64,000 nucleotides of DNA from an uncultured Poribacteria bacterium (lineage in GTDB: Bacteria; Poribacteria; WGA-4E; WGA-3G). Where the stretch lies: positions 2,752,001 to 2,816,000 of the forward strand of contig OX638351.1 in NCBI GenBank assembly GCA_951813565.1, written 5' to 3'. The position numbers and the translations under genes were made by a program. Below the pieces are notes generated by a model, which was not told the DNA's origin, ran no database searches, and saw nothing but the letters and a program-made list of their open reading frames with translations. Shown piece by piece: positions 48,648 to 59,619 of this stretch (its first letter is position 1; every line of letters starts with the position of its first letter).

Positions 48648-50189
48648 ATGAAGCGAGATGCTATTGTCGTTTTAGACTTTGGCTCGCAATATACGCAGTT
48701 AATTGCTCGGCGCATTCGGGAGCAGCGAGTCTACTGCGAAATTCAACCTTATACGTTACCGCTTAGCGACATTGAGAAGATGGCACCAAAAGGAATTATC
48801 CTTTCTGGTGGCCCCGCAAGCGTCTACGAGACAGATGCCCCGAAGATAGATGCAGCGCTTTTCACACTTGGAATCCCTGTCTTAGGTATCTGCTACGGCA
48901 TGCAACTTATCGCTTTTCTCTTAGAAGGCGGCAAAGTCCACCCCGCAACAGAACGGGAATATGGTAACGCACAACTCCAAGTCAAATCCACATCAGAACC
49001 CTTATTTGCGGATTTGCCATCGGAACTGTCTGCGTGGATGAGTCATGGGGATAGAATTGACGAACTCCCTGAGGGTTTCCACACAATTGCCCAAACCCCA
49101 AATTCACCTATCGCCGCCATGGTCAACTCGGACGGCACCTTGTACGGGTTACAATTTCACCCTGAAGTTGAGCATACACGAGATGCTGACAAAATCCTCC
49201 ACAACTTCGTCAGACAAGTCTGTGGATGTGAAGCAACTTGGACGATGGACACTTTTATTGCAGAAGCCATCGCACACATCCGATCAACAGTGAAGGACGA
49301 AAGGGTACTGTGTGCAGTTAGCGGCGGCATAGATTCAATGGTGCTTGCAACTCTCCTCCATGAGGCGATAGGCGATGCGTTAGTCCCTGTTTTTGTAGAT
49401 AACGGGCTGCTACGCCAAAATGAGGTAGAACAAGTTTTAGCTACTTGCAAAGCACTGGGAATAAAAATTGAGTTCGTGGATGCCGCAGAATCATTTTTGG
49501 ATGCGTTGGTAGGCATCATTAACCCAGAACAGAAACGAAAAGTTATCGGGGCGCAGTTCATTGAAACCTTCAGAGCAAAAGTGACGCAACTCGGGCCTTG
49601 TCGCTTTCTCGCACAAGGCACACTCTATCCAGATGTTATAGAGAGTGTTTCTACCAAAGGTCCTTCTGCCACGATAAAAACACATCACAATGTCGGTGGA
49701 CTCCCACCCGACATGCCGTTTGAACTCATTGAACCTTTCCGTGAACTTTTCAAAGACGAGGTGCGAGCGGTCGGGGCAGAACTAAACGTCCCATCCCACG
49801 TACTCGGTAGACATCCGTTTCCTGGACCAGGACTTGCTGTCCGGATTCTTGGCGAGGTAACACCAGAAAGGTTAGCAGTGTTACGGTTGGCCGATGCAAT
49901 TTTTATCAACGAAATCAAAGCAGCGGGATTGTACGATGAAATCTGGCAGGCGTTAGCAGTACTTTTACCTGTTAAGAGTGTCGGTGTGATGGGGGATGAG
50001 CGGACGTACGAAAACGCGGTTGCTCTACGTGCTGTCACCAGCAGTGATGCAATGACAGCCGATTGGGCAAGAATTCCAGACGATGTTTTAGCAAGAATTT
50101 CTACCCGAATTATCAATGAAGTACAGGGTATCAATCGTGTTGTCTACGACATTAGTTCAAAACCACCCAGCACGATTGAATGGGAATAA
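48648..50189 (+). CDS. guaA: GMP synthase (glutamine-hydrolysing)
   Basis: [50 protein letters not shown]. Confidence 0.98.
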   Translation: MKRDAIVVLDFGSQYTQLIARRIREQRVYCEIQPYTLPLSDIEKMAPKGIILSGGPASVYETDAPKIDAALFTLGIPVLGICYGMQLIAFLLEGGKVHPATEREYGNAQLQVKSTSEPLFADLPSELSAWMSHGDRIDELPEGFHTIAQTPNSPIAAMVNSDGTLYGLQFHPEVEHTRDADKILHNFVRQVCGCEATWTMDTFIAEAIAHIRSTVKDERVLCAVSGGIDSMVLATLLHEAIGDALVPVFVDNGLLRQNEVEQVLATCKALGIKIEFVDAAESFLDALVGIINPEQKRKVIGAQFIETFRAKVTQLGPCRFLAQGTLYPDVIESVSTKGPSATIKTHHNVGGLPPDMPFELIEPFRELFKDEVRAVGAELNVPSHVLGRHPFPGPGLAVRILGEVTPERLAVLRLADAIFINEIKAAGLYDEIWQALAVLLPVKSVGVMGDERTYENAVALRAVTSSDAMTADWARIPDDVLARISTRIINEVQGINRVVYDISSKPPSTIEWE

Positions 50190-50194
50190 TTCGG

Positions 50195-51052
50195 ATGAGA
50201 GTCCGAAACTATGCCGACGTCGTAAATCGCATCCTTGAGACTCTTAGGAAGTCTGAGCATCTTACAATCTGGCATCAAACGCATATTCCTTCCACTTCTA
50301 CAAGAATAAAAGGTTTACCATATCCATTATACTGTTTGCATTACACTGCTAAACAGAACAGTTCTTCTTTGATTTATGTATCTGCAGGTATCCACGGCGA
50401 TGAACCTGCCGGTGTTGAGTGCGCGATACGTCTTATTGAGCTACTCGCCGATGGTGAACAGCACAACTTTGGCACATTCCCATTAGACGCATACAACTGG
50501 CTCATCTCCCCTTGTGACAACCCTTACGGGTATGAACGAAACATCCGTGAAAATGCTGCGGGGCTTGACCTTAATCGGATGTTTGAAATCCCAAATCGAT
50601 GTCCAGAAACAACGTTCATCGCAGAATCACTGCAGCGTAAACGATGCGCGGACACGCAAAAACCTCTCAGTCAAAATACTATGGGAAGAAGGCAGGCGAT
50701 TGAACTCGCGCTGGATTTGCACGAAGATAGTGACAGCGATGGGTTTTACCTGTGGGAACGCCGCACCTCACAATGTTTTCCAATCGGCAATGCAGTTGTG
50801 AAAAACGTAGATGGGCTATGCGCGATCAATCGAGAACCTTTGATAGAAAATCATCGCAACGAAAATGGTGTAATCACATTACTCAATAAAGTTACGACTA
50901 AGGGATGGACACGCGGAAGGTATTTAGCCGAACAAGTAAATACGCGGTGTCTAATTCTTGAAACACCGACACAGTTAGACTGGGAAACACGAATCGCCGC
51001 ACACATGATAGCTGTCCAAACGGCTATCAAACATGCTTTGAAACCATTATAA
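50195..51052 (+). CDS. M14-family zinc carboxypeptidase/desuccinylase-like protein
   Basis: SAGIHGDE (HxxE), NP.G, DLNR.F, LDLHED. Confidence 0.85.
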   Translation: MRVRNYADVVNRILETLRKSEHLTIWHQTHIPSTSTRIKGLPYPLYCLHYTAKQNSSSLIYVSAGIHGDEPAGVECAIRLIELLADGEQHNFGTFPLDAYNWLISPCDNPYGYERNIRENAAGLDLNRMFEIPNRCPETTFIAESLQRKRCADTQKPLSQNTMGRRQAIELALDLHEDSDSDGFYLWERRTSQCFPIGNAVVKNVDGLCAINREPLIENHRNENGVITLLNKVTTKGWTRGRYLAEQVNTRCLILETPTQLDWETRIAAHMIAVQTAIKHALKPL

Positions 51053-51197
51053 TACCAATATTGATAAATAAAATGCCATTACGGAGGTTTTATGAGATTT
51101 TAAAACGCCTCTTATGTTGAATGTCCGAGGCGCAATGAATTGCGCGACTACAAACACTGCTCTCTCAATGGCACTTACAGGCGAGTGTTTACTTATT

Positions 51198-52373
51198 TCA
51201 ACTGTTCTGATAAACCGCAGCGGCTGCGCTAACGGCCGTCCCAGTATCAACTTCGTACCCGAATTCAATAAGGAGCGTTTCAATTGCGTTTAGAACAAGC
51301 AAGACATTCTGCTCGTTAGCAGCATCACCCATAAGTCCAATTCGCCACGCTTTACCGGCAAAGATTCCCAAGCCACCACCAATTTCAATACCGTAGTCTT
51401 GAATAAGACGTTTTCGTATAGCAGCATCATCAATTCCATCAGGAATAAGTAGTGTGGTTAGCATCGGCGCGCGATGATTTTCCGTTGCGGCAGGTTGTAA
51501 ACCGATAGCTTCAGCGCCAGCAATCAAAGCTTTAGCATTGCGTTCATGTCGTTGGTAGCGTGCTGATACGCCTTCCTCTATAACAACTCGAATTGCCTCG
51601 CGTAATGCATAAATCATGGACATAGATACGGTGTGGTGATATTTTCGTGTATCTCCCATCCAATATTCGGCAAGCAGTGTCACATCCAAATAGAAACTTT
51701 GAATCTTCGTTTTACGGCTCCGAATCACTTCTACTGCCCGCTCACTAAAACTGATTGGTGAAAGTCCGGGAGGACCAGCGAGACATTTCTGTGTACAACT
51801 GTAGGCGATGTCAATACCGCGTGCATCTAATTCTACAGGTTGTCCTCCGAGCGATGTAACGCAATCAGCAAGAAACAGTGCACCTTTTTGATGGGAAATG
51901 TCAATTATTTCTTCTAAAGGTTGTAGAATACCGGTAGACGTTTCGCCATGAACTACTGCCACGAGTTTTGGTATAACTTTGTCGCATGCTTCAGCAATCT
52001 GTTGCGGTTCAATAATATTGCCCCATTCAGCGTGGACAGGTGTAACTTGCGCACCGCACCGTTCTGCAATATCTGCTATCCTGCCTCCGAAATAGCCATT
52101 AATACCAACGATTACAGGATCCCCAGGTTCAATAATGTTTGCGAGTGCCATTTCCATTCCTGCAGTACCGGTGCCTGAGACAGGAAAAGTAAGATCATTT
52201 TGGGTGCCATAGACCTGACGTGTCAAGGCGACGGTATCATCCATAACATCAACAAAATCTGCGTCTAAATACCCAAGCATGGGGGTCGTCATTGCTTTGA
52301 GTACACGGGGGTTTGCGATACTGGGTCCTGGGCCAAGTAGGATGCGCGGGGGCACTCTCAATTCATCATGCAC
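51198..52373 (-). CDS. Alanine-glyoxylate/serine-pyruvate aminotransferase (class V)
   Basis: LLGPGPS, SGTGTAGME, HGETSTG, TQKCL..PPG, WRIGLMG. Confidence 0.93.
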   Translation of the reverse strand: MHDELRVPPRILLGPGPSIANPRVLKAMTTPMLGYLDADFVDVMDDTVALTRQVYGTQNDLTFPVSGTGTAGMEMALANIIEPGDPVIVGINGYFGGRIADIAERCGAQVTPVHAEWGNIIEPQQIAEACDKVIPKLVAVVHGETSTGILQPLEEIIDISHQKGALFLADCVTSLGGQPVELDARGIDIAYSCTQKCLAGPPGLSPISFSERAVEVIRSRKTKIQSFYLDVTLLAEYWMGDTRKYHHTVSMSMIYALREAIRVVIEEGVSARYQRHERNAKALIAGAEAIGLQPAATENHRAPMLTTLLIPDGIDDAAIRKRLIQDYGIEIGGGLGIFAGKAWRIGLMGDAANEQNVLLVLNAIETLLIEFGYEVDTGTAVSAAAAVYQNS

Positions 52374-52477
52374 TTTTTAGTAACTCCTCTAATTGTCCTT
52401 TATGATCTTGATAACTCTACCGCAAAGATATACAATTAATACGGTCTATAAAACTATAAAAGTAAAGTAGGAATTCT

Positions 52478-52798
52478 AACGTGAGTTTGACATATAGGTC
52501 AGAGAAATCCGACACAATAATATCGCGCTATCGCATATTTGATGACGGATATGTTCCGCACTCCAGCGGAGTGCTATGTCTATAGAAAACCAATATCCAA
52601 GTTCCTGCACTCCAGCGGAGTGCTATATGTAATAAAATTACGGACCGCTCCGCTGGAGCGGAAACGTCGGTTTTGATGGCTGCTATAGACATATTGCTCC
52701 GCTGGAGCAAATGCGGACGTTTTGGGTATTGCATTGGGTCTGTCTTTGGTTCATTTGAATCTACGTGATGAACCAATTTCTTATATCGAACTCACGTT
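52478..52798. mobile_element. MITE, 321 bp, with TIR and 9-bp target-site duplication
   Basis: AACGTGAGTTTGA...TCGAACTCACGTT flanked by AGGAATTCT at 52469-52477 and 52799-52807; four CTCCAGCGGAG/CTCCGCTGGAG palindromes inside. Confidence 0.82.
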
Positions 52799-52915
52799 AG
52801 GAATTCTACGTAAGGAGAAATTGTTTGTGAGCGGATAATCTCCCTGCGTATAAAATAGGATAGGGACAGGCATAGAACCTGTCCCTACGAATAAGGGTTT
52901 CACCCATCTAAGTTA

Positions 52916-55900
52916 TTAGTTACCTTCCTCAGGCGCTTGTTGTAGTGGCTGAATGTTGTTAGCTTGCATATAAGCTTTAATCTCATTAGCCTTAAGAATA
53001 CAATAGTTAATTGCATCCTGAACCTGAGGGTCAGGTGGGTTTATAACTGCGTATTTCTTAGGCAAGACTTGGAAGTAATACAATGCCTGTGCATAATAGT
53101 TTTCCTCTTTATTCGCGAGGATCGTATACGCTTCACCTAACTTACCGTAAGAAAGATCACCATACTTGGTAGTTGAATATGCTTTCGTGATTGCCCTAAA
53201 GAGCTCAATTGCTGCTTCAATGTCAGACTTTTTGGATGCTCTTTGGGCTCTACCAAGCGATGAGATAGCATACTTATATTCATTATGTGCAAGAAAACTT
53301 GCGGTCTCATTTAGAAAACCCTGCGCAGTGTTTTTGGACTCTGCGCTGAGACCGGGCGCAGCTAATGCACGTTCATAGTTTTCAATCGCTAATCGGAACA
53401 GTCGAATTTGCTCGGTTGCTTCAAGATCTGTATCCAACGCGGCATTATAGTGCTTATTACCGATGTTGATAAAAGCTTCACCCGCGAACTTACTATCCTT
53501 ATATTCTTTGACAAGTGTTTCGTTTGTTTCAAACAGTTTGTCAAGAAACGCTTTTTCAGCATCTGCATTGCCTGCGTCTTTCGCTGCTTCAGACAGATAT
53601 TGATAGCAAGTAGCAATAGCATATAAAGATTCAGGGGCTTTTTCATGCGATTTGTTAACCCGTCTGACCTTATCATATTCAGCAATTGCCTTTTTAAACT
53701 GTTCAGTTGTATAGTAAGCCTCGCCAGCTTGATACTGCCAAAGCGCAGCATCAGCAGCATTCGGGTAACGTTTAACCAAATCATTGAAAACCTTCACAGA
53801 GCTTTCAAAGTAAGCTACAGCTTGAGGAGACATCTCTTCATCAAGTCCTACCTGCATACGTCCCAGATCAAAGTTTGCAGAGGCTAAGTATGTCAATGCC
53901 GTTTCCACGTTTGCTGATAGGTCATCCGAAGCAGGAAATACGCCTGCATCCGCATATTTTATAAACTCTGTAAGCGGATCAATGGTAAGTAACAATTCCG
54001 CGCGTCGCCTGTTACCAACACCGAGAGAATAGTAAATCTGACCAGATTGGAAAAGTGAATTTTGCACATACGGAATGACCGTCTGTTTATTCGCCTTTTC
54101 TACGGGAGAAGCAAGTTTGCTGACTTCAAAGAAAGCAGCGGCAGCTAATCCACTTGTATCAAAGTATGGCTTAAGATCAAACCCTGGAGGGAGCTCCTCA
54201 GGATAGAGAGTGCGCGCTTTATCAGAATAGAGAAATCCGAGGTTATATTGCGCAGCGACTTTCTGCGAAACAGTTGCGGTCGAACTTGCCTTGAGGTCAT
54301 CAACCGAAGTAACGGCTTCTGCAATAGCCTCGTCTAAACGTCCCAATTTCACATAGAGTTCAGAACGGCGGAGGTTTGCGTCAGCAACCATAGAAGCAAC
54401 GCCAGTATTCTGTTCGTTACTATGGTTCGCAATCAAGTTTTGGAAAACTTCCAATGCTTTATCAAACTCGTTAAGTTTATCTTGATAAATCAAACCCATC
54501 CTATAATAGGATTGTGCCTTTACCACATCATCGGCTAACCCGATGGCGTTCTGATAGCTTGCTAATGCATCATCATACACCTTAAGGTGTTCGTCTTGTG
54601 CGTATGCCATTGCGAAATAGGAACGCCCACGTAGATCATCTTCTTCTGTATTCGCGATAATATACTGATACTCTTTGACAGCCGCGGCATAGTTCCCAAC
54701 GCTACTGTGTAATTCAGCGAGCCTTGAGTGTGCCTGCGAGATGAGATTCTTGCGCGCCTCGTCTTCAGTTTGACCTTCCAAGGCAGTAACCTGCATGAAT
54801 GCTTCAATTGCAGCTTTGGTGTCTTTCAAACCTAACTTTGCCAACCCGAGCGTATAGCCTGCGCTGATACGGTTGTCAACGTTATCCGTCATTTCAGCGA
54901 CCTTCTCCGCCGCGCTGGCAGCATTAGTATAGGCAAGTTGTGCTGCTTCGGCATCGTCTGCTTGCTGGGCTATCTGGTAGTAACAGACAGCAGCTTGATA
55001 TTGTGCGCTTGGCGCAATTTCGCTATTTGGGAACTTTTCTACGAACGAATTGTATGCAGCAAGCGCTTCCTGATAGCGTTCTTTACCATAGTAAGCATGC
55101 CCAATTTTGAGTTGTGATCGCATGCGGGCATCTTCAAGTGCTCCAGGATTATCAATAACTCGTTGTAGGCTTGCAACAAGACTGTCAACATCATCAGCGT
55201 TCGTATTTTCAAGAGCAACAGCTTTGATCAGATCAATACGTCCGAGGGTCTGGAGAACCACCTCTTCGCTGCTGTTAGCAAATTTTTCGCTGGCTGCATC
55301 CGCTGTCTGAACGATAAGTGACCACTTGGCTGTATCACCCCGTTTTTGCGCGGCATCTTGATAGAGAAGAACTAATCCGAAATATGCGTCAATGGCATTA
55401 GGAGTGTCCCCATATTCAGCAATAACCCGATTGAACGCTGCTTCAGATTTTTCTGCTAATTCGGGTTTCTCTGATGAAGCATTATAATAACAGAGACCGA
55501 TAAGGTAGAGTGCATCATCGGCATACTCACCTGTGGGATTGCTTTCAACAACAGCTTGGTATTGAACAGCAGCTTCTTCAAAACGTTCCTCTGCACGCAG
55601 TAGGTCCGCGAGCTTAATCTCCGCTAATGAAAGATTATTCTTATCTGTGAGTTTCGGCAATATTGAATCATAATAGGTGATAGCTTGGCTTTTTTCGCCC
55701 TGCTTCACATAGCTATCTGCAGTAAGCAGAAGTGAACGTTCATAGAAGTCACTGGTTTCAGGTATCATCGCGTAGCGTTGTCGTGCTACATCCCATGCGC
55801 CAAGCATTTCGTGTGAAAGTGCCTCATTCATGAGACATGCCTCAACCTGTGAAATACGGTCTGGAAAATCTTGATAGCGCCCTTCTTCAATACCCGGTTT

Positions 55901-57622
55901 GAAGGCTGCATCAGAAAACTCGTTGACAGCAGCTTCGTATGCCTTAACAGATTTTTGGAGATATTCCATATTGAAATCTGCTGAAGCATCACCTTCTTGA
56001 TAACCTTCAGGTTTAGCAGCTTCATAGTAGGAACGACCTTCAAAGAATTTTCCCATCAACTTGATAAGATGGAATTTAGGAAGTGGTCGATAATCCCATA
56101 ACTTTGCGTATTCTTCTGCGGCTTCAACGTATTGTTTAAATTCAGTGCGTTTCATGTTAGCGAAACTGAGTTGGACCTCTGCAGCAAGAATATCGTACTC
56201 GTTATCGTTACGATTTTTTTCAATAAACTCTTGGGCAACCTTTTCTAAATCTTCCTTACGATCTAAGTCATTCAATGTCCAGATTGCGCCATATATTGCA
56301 TGCGGCACAACAGGGTTCTCAGGAAAGTCGTCAACAGTTTTCTGGTACCATTCTAACGCGAGTTCAAGAGTTGCTGTTCCTTCTTGCATTTGGCCGGCAT
56401 CGCGCTGATTAGTACCCAGTTTATAATATGCTTCCCCGACTTGGAAAGAACAATAAGGTGTATAATTGAGTTCAGCAGCATCGGCTTGCATAGCGTTTTT
56501 TTCGTGTTCAATAACCAACTGATAGGAACTGGCTGCCTCATTCCAACTTTCCAATTGGAACTGGCTGTCGGCTATGCCAAGTTTTGCCTCATCAACGTAT
56601 GTGCTCTCCGGATATTCTTCAAGCAATTTCGTGTAAGAAAGGATAGCATTTTCATAGTCAGCTTGATCAAAATATGTTTGTCCAATGGCAGACTGTATTT
56701 CGGATTGGACGCCTCGGTCCGCTGTATTTTGGAGTGCCAACTCGTAGTTAACGCGTGCATTGTCATAGTCTTTCTGTGCAGCATAAATAGAGCCCTGGTC
56801 GAAGTATGCTGCGGTGACAAGCTGATCTTCCGGAAATTGTGTGATAAAGTTGGTATATCGGCTAATCGCTTCATCATGTCTGTTAAGCAGCTTCAAACAG
56901 AGACCAGCTTTATACATCGCCTCGGCATGTAGTTCGGGATGGTTTTTAAACTCTTCAGTCGCAAATTTATCAAATTCCGGATAAGCTTGTTCATAGTTGC
57001 TTTCATTAAGGAATGATTGAGCAATGTGAAGCTGGGCATCGTCCTTGAATTCGGAGTTAGGAAAACCAACAAGAATATTACTGAAGGCTGTTCGTGAGTC
57101 CTCATAATTTCCTAACTTATAGTTCAATTGACCAATTGCATACCACGCATTCTCCACTTGTAGGCTGTTGGGGAAGTTTTCAATCAACTGCATGAATTTT
57201 GCTTCAGCGAGTTCATACTGATCAGTTCTATACAGAATATGTCCCCAGAGAAATGTTAAGCCTTCTTGGTGTTTGGCTATAGTAGCGTTAGGTGAAACTT
57301 CTTCAATATGTTGAAGTGCTTTATCATAATTAGTATCATCACCAGTCTTTTCCGCGATTCGAGAATAAGCTATAGCAATCTGAAGGTTGGCGAGCGTAGT
57401 GAAATCTTTGTCAATCACTTCGGTTTTCACACCGCGTTTCGTTGCCTCTTCCAGCGCCTCTTCATACTTGGCAATCGCACCTTCATAATCCCCTTGATCA
57501 GATAATCCTTTAGCGGAATAATAAAGTTGCTCTACCTTTTTGGAACTCCCCATCATAAAAGGTGAGAGGAGTGCGACTATAAGGGCGAGACCGCCAATAA
57601 TGCCCAAAATTCTTGGATTCAT
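52916..57622 (-). CDS. Giant membrane-anchored TPR protein (BamD/CpoB-like repeats), 1568 aa
   Basis: N-terminal TM; repeated F..LI..FP.S...A.Y..G TPR units throughout. Confidence 0.88.
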   Translation of the reverse strand: MNPRILGIIGGLALIVALLSPFMMGSSKKVEQLYYSAKGLSDQGDYEGAIAKYEEALEEATKRGVKTEVIDKDFTTLANLQIAIAYSRIAEKTGDDTNYDKALQHIEEVSPNATIAKHQEGLTFLWGHILYRTDQYELAEAKFMQLIENFPNSLQVENAWYAIGQLNYKLGNYEDSRTAFSNILVGFPNSEFKDDAQLHIAQSFLNESNYEQAYPEFDKFATEEFKNHPELHAEAMYKAGLCLKLLNRHDEAISRYTNFITQFPEDQLVTAAYFDQGSIYAAQKDYDNARVNYELALQNTADRGVQSEIQSAIGQTYFDQADYENAILSYTKLLEEYPESTYVDEAKLGIADSQFQLESWNEAASSYQLVIEHEKNAMQADAAELNYTPYCSFQVGEAYYKLGTNQRDAGQMQEGTATLELALEWYQKTVDDFPENPVVPHAIYGAIWTLNDLDRKEDLEKVAQEFIEKNRNDNEYDILAAEVQLSFANMKRTEFKQYVEAAEEYAKLWDYRPLPKFHLIKLMGKFFEGRSYYEAAKPEGYQEGDASADFNMEYLQKSVKAYEAAVNEFSDAAFKPGIEEGRYQDFPDRISQVEACLMNEALSHEMLGAWDVARQRYAMIPETSDFYERSLLLTADSYVKQGEKSQAITYYDSILPKLTDKNNLSLAEIKLADLLRAEERFEEAAVQYQAVVESNPTGEYADDALYLIGLCYYNASSEKPELAEKSEAAFNRVIAEYGDTPNAIDAYFGLVLLYQDAAQKRGDTAKWSLIVQTADAASEKFANSSEEVVLQTLGRIDLIKAVALENTNADDVDSLVASLQRVIDNPGALEDARMRSQLKIGHAYYGKERYQEALAAYNSFVEKFPNSEIAPSAQYQAAVCYYQIAQQADDAEAAQLAYTNAASAAEKVAEMTDNVDNRISAGYTLGLAKLGLKDTKAAIEAFMQVTALEGQTEDEARKNLISQAHSRLAELHSSVGNYAAAVKEYQYIIANTEEDDLRGRSYFAMAYAQDEHLKVYDDALASYQNAIGLADDVVKAQSYYRMGLIYQDKLNEFDKALEVFQNLIANHSNEQNTGVASMVADANLRRSELYVKLGRLDEAIAEAVTSVDDLKASSTATVSQKVAAQYNLGFLYSDKARTLYPEELPPGFDLKPYFDTSGLAAAAFFEVSKLASPVEKANKQTVIPYVQNSLFQSGQIYYSLGVGNRRRAELLLTIDPLTEFIKYADAGVFPASDDLSANVETALTYLASANFDLGRMQVGLDEEMSPQAVAYFESSVKVFNDLVKRYPNAADAALWQYQAGEAYYTTEQFKKAIAEYDKVRRVNKSHEKAPESLYAIATCYQYLSEAAKDAGNADAEKAFLDKLFETNETLVKEYKDSKFAGEAFINIGNKHYNAALDTDLEATEQIRLFRLAIENYERALAAPGLSAESKNTAQGFLNETASFLAHNEYKYAISSLGRAQRASKKSDIEAAIELFRAITKAYSTTKYGDLSYGKLGEAYTILANKEENYYAQALYYFQVLPKKYAVINPPDPQVQDAINYCILKANEIKAYMQANNIQPLQQAPEEGN

Positions 57623-57805
57623 TACATTCTCCTTTGGATATGAATAAAAGAAAACAAGGGGGAACTCAAAAATCTTCCGCCCCGTTGATTTGTCAAAATA
57701 TGGGCGGAATATGGCAACCGCCCTGTCTTTTTATGGATCCGCCTTGATAAGCACATCAAGGCAATACTATGAGGTATCAAAATGCCTCGTCTATTTGAAA
57801 TTCGG

Positions 57806-58729
57806 TTACAATTTACTTAGATCGTAGAGTTCTGGTGTCGTAAGTATTTCTGAAGACACATCCATCAATTTGTCAGCAAACCGAGATGAGCTACGCTGCT
57901 TTCGTTGATATTTCTCTAAGAAGGGGGCAACTTGGATATCCAATGGAAGCGTCGCAAATTCATCAATTTGCAGCGGTGATTTCCTGCTTAAGATGTCAGG
58001 TTGTGCATAAACAAGCAGTTCGGTATCAGCAGCATCACTCGGAACAGAACGATCATTGTCAACATGCATAACAATAATATGCCCTTCGGTTTCAGTCGTT
58101 AAAGGTTCGGTCAATTTCCAATAGGCTACTTTTTCTGTATCTGCTACGAGGGTTGGTGAACCAACTTCACCGGGAGTCTTCCGCTTTGTATTACGATCAT
58201 TGTAGATATCAGGCCTTAACACTGATTTTTCGTTGACATTAGCAAACTCTCCAGATATTACCGGTTCAGTTACTTGTTGTGGATATACCTTAGGCGGTGA
58301 CGAAACTTCCTGTTTTAGCAGGTGTGTTGCCACAAATCCTGTTACTATTAATATTAAAAGCGCTCCTAACGGTAACGCATTCATCCTGGCGAAACTATAT
58401 CGACCAAAACTTTGACGAAGTTGCGTCAGTAAAGACCAAGTAAACTGTCCTAACGAAGTTTTTAAACGTTGGTTTAGCGAGGTAGGACCTTTATTTTCTA
58501 TGCAACGGTGCAATTCCACCTCAAATTGGTGATAATAACTATCAGGAGCCTCAGGTTCAACATAGAAATCAACAACAAGATCACGTGTCTTTTTGAGGGC
58601 CCTGGCTTCTTGTTGACACACTATACAAAACTGGAGATGTGTTTCAACCTTCGCTTTGTCGTGTGCTGAAAGCGTATCATCTATGTAGTCTGATATAAAA
58701 CGTTGTATCGCGTTACACTTCAATTTCAT
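57806..58729 (-). CDS. Anti-sigma factor (zf-HC2 + TM)
   Basis: C...I..YID..L......HLQFCIVC (HxxxCxxC), one TM; follows ECF sigma; start set at MKLKC. Confidence 0.85.
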   Translation of the reverse strand: MKLKCNAIQRFISDYIDDTLSAHDKAKVETHLQFCIVCQQEARALKKTRDLVVDFYVEPEAPDSYYHQFEVELHRCIENKGPTSLNQRLKTSLGQFTWSLLTQLRQSFGRYSFARMNALPLGALLILIVTGFVATHLLKQEVSSPPKVYPQQVTEPVISGEFANVNEKSVLRPDIYNDRNTKRKTPGEVGSPTLVADTEKVAYWKLTEPLTTETEGHIIVMHVDNDRSVPSDAADTELLVYAQPDILSRKSPLQIDEFATLPLDIQVAPFLEKYQRKQRSSSRFADKLMDVSSEILTTPELYDLSKL

Positions 58730-58834
58730 AACTTTTCCGGTTTCCGCGTTTTTTCGCTGTATATTTGGAAACTGCTCCCACAAGAATTATCTAACACTTT
58801 TTAATCTTAACGACAACAGTGGAAAAAAAACTCG

Positions 58835-59422
58835 CTAAAAATCAGCGTTCGCATCAACATACGGCTTTAACAACGTTCTAAGTTGTTTTCGGGCGTAGTG
58901 TAAACGTGAACGAACTGTCCCTTCGGAACAATTTAGGATTGACGCTATCTCTGGATGTGTTAACCCTTCCAATTCATGGAGAACAACTACAATCCGATGT
59001 TTAAGTGAAAGACTGTTGACCGCCTTTGTTACCCAGTGCCGTAATTCTGCCTGCTCAGCTTGAATTTGTGGATCATTCGCCATCTCCACTTTTTGCCGGA
59101 CGCGTGGATGAAATTCGGATTCTTCCGTAGTCTCAAGCGGAGATTCACGACGCCGTTTGCGCCGTTTGACGAAGTTAAGTGCCTCATTGACAGCTATTCG
59201 ATACACCCATGTTTCAAAAGCTGCTTCCTGCCGAAAAGTGTGAATTGACTGATACACCTTAATAAAGGTCTCCTGCATAACATCGTTAGCGTCCTCGTAG
59301 TTTCTGGTAATCTGCATTGCGAGGCGGTGCACCATCCGTTTATATTTTTCAACTAACGGTGCTAACGCTGTTTCATCTCCTTCACGGAGATGGTCAATGA
59401 GTAAGGCTTCAGTCCTTTCCAC
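58835..59422 (-). CDS. ECF RNA polymerase sigma factor (RpoE-like)
   Basis: DA.D..QE.FIK, F.TW.YRIA.N, EIA..L....GTVRSRL. Confidence 0.95.
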   Translation of the reverse strand: MERTEALLIDHLREGDETALAPLVEKYKRMVHRLAMQITRNYEDANDVMQETFIKVYQSIHTFRQEAAFETWVYRIAVNEALNFVKRRKRRRESPLETTEESEFHPRVRQKVEMANDPQIQAEQAELRHWVTKAVNSLSLKHRIVVVLHELEGLTHPEIASILNCSEGTVRSRLHYARKQLRTLLKPYVDANADF

Positions 59423-59451
59423 GAAAAATTCTCCTTCGGCTTCTATTATAT

Positions 59452-59479
59452 TTAGACAACGCTATTTTAAAAACCGTTC
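59452..59479 (-). promoter_or_regulatory. Candidate ECF autoregulatory promoter
   Basis: GAACGG-16 nt-GTCTAA about 30 nt upstream of the sigma start. Confidence 0.5.
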
Positions 59480-59564
59480 ATTTTTTTCAGACATTATAGC
59501 ATAAATTATAAAATTATGTTTAAAAAAAGTCTCTCATATATTAAACCTACAGCTTTAAATCCAT

Positions 59565-59597
59565 AAAAAAGGACAGCGTATCAAAGACACGCTGTCC
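59565..59597 (-). terminator. Intrinsic terminator after Ig-domain lipoprotein
   Basis: ggacagcgtgtc ttt gatacgctgtcc tttttt on minus strand. Confidence 0.85.
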
Positions 59598-59619
59598 GGT
59601 AAGTGAAATAGTCGAAAAT

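Noticed and set aside
48648..51052. Genomic island integrated at guaA 3' end
   Set aside because: There is no integrase or duplicated guaA end, and the next gene follows within a few bases.
52556..52710. Regularly spaced CTCCAGCGGAG palindromes as CRISPR repeats
   Set aside because: The units are only about 13-19 nt, two are inverted relative to the others, and they sit inside a TIR/TSD-bounded MITE.
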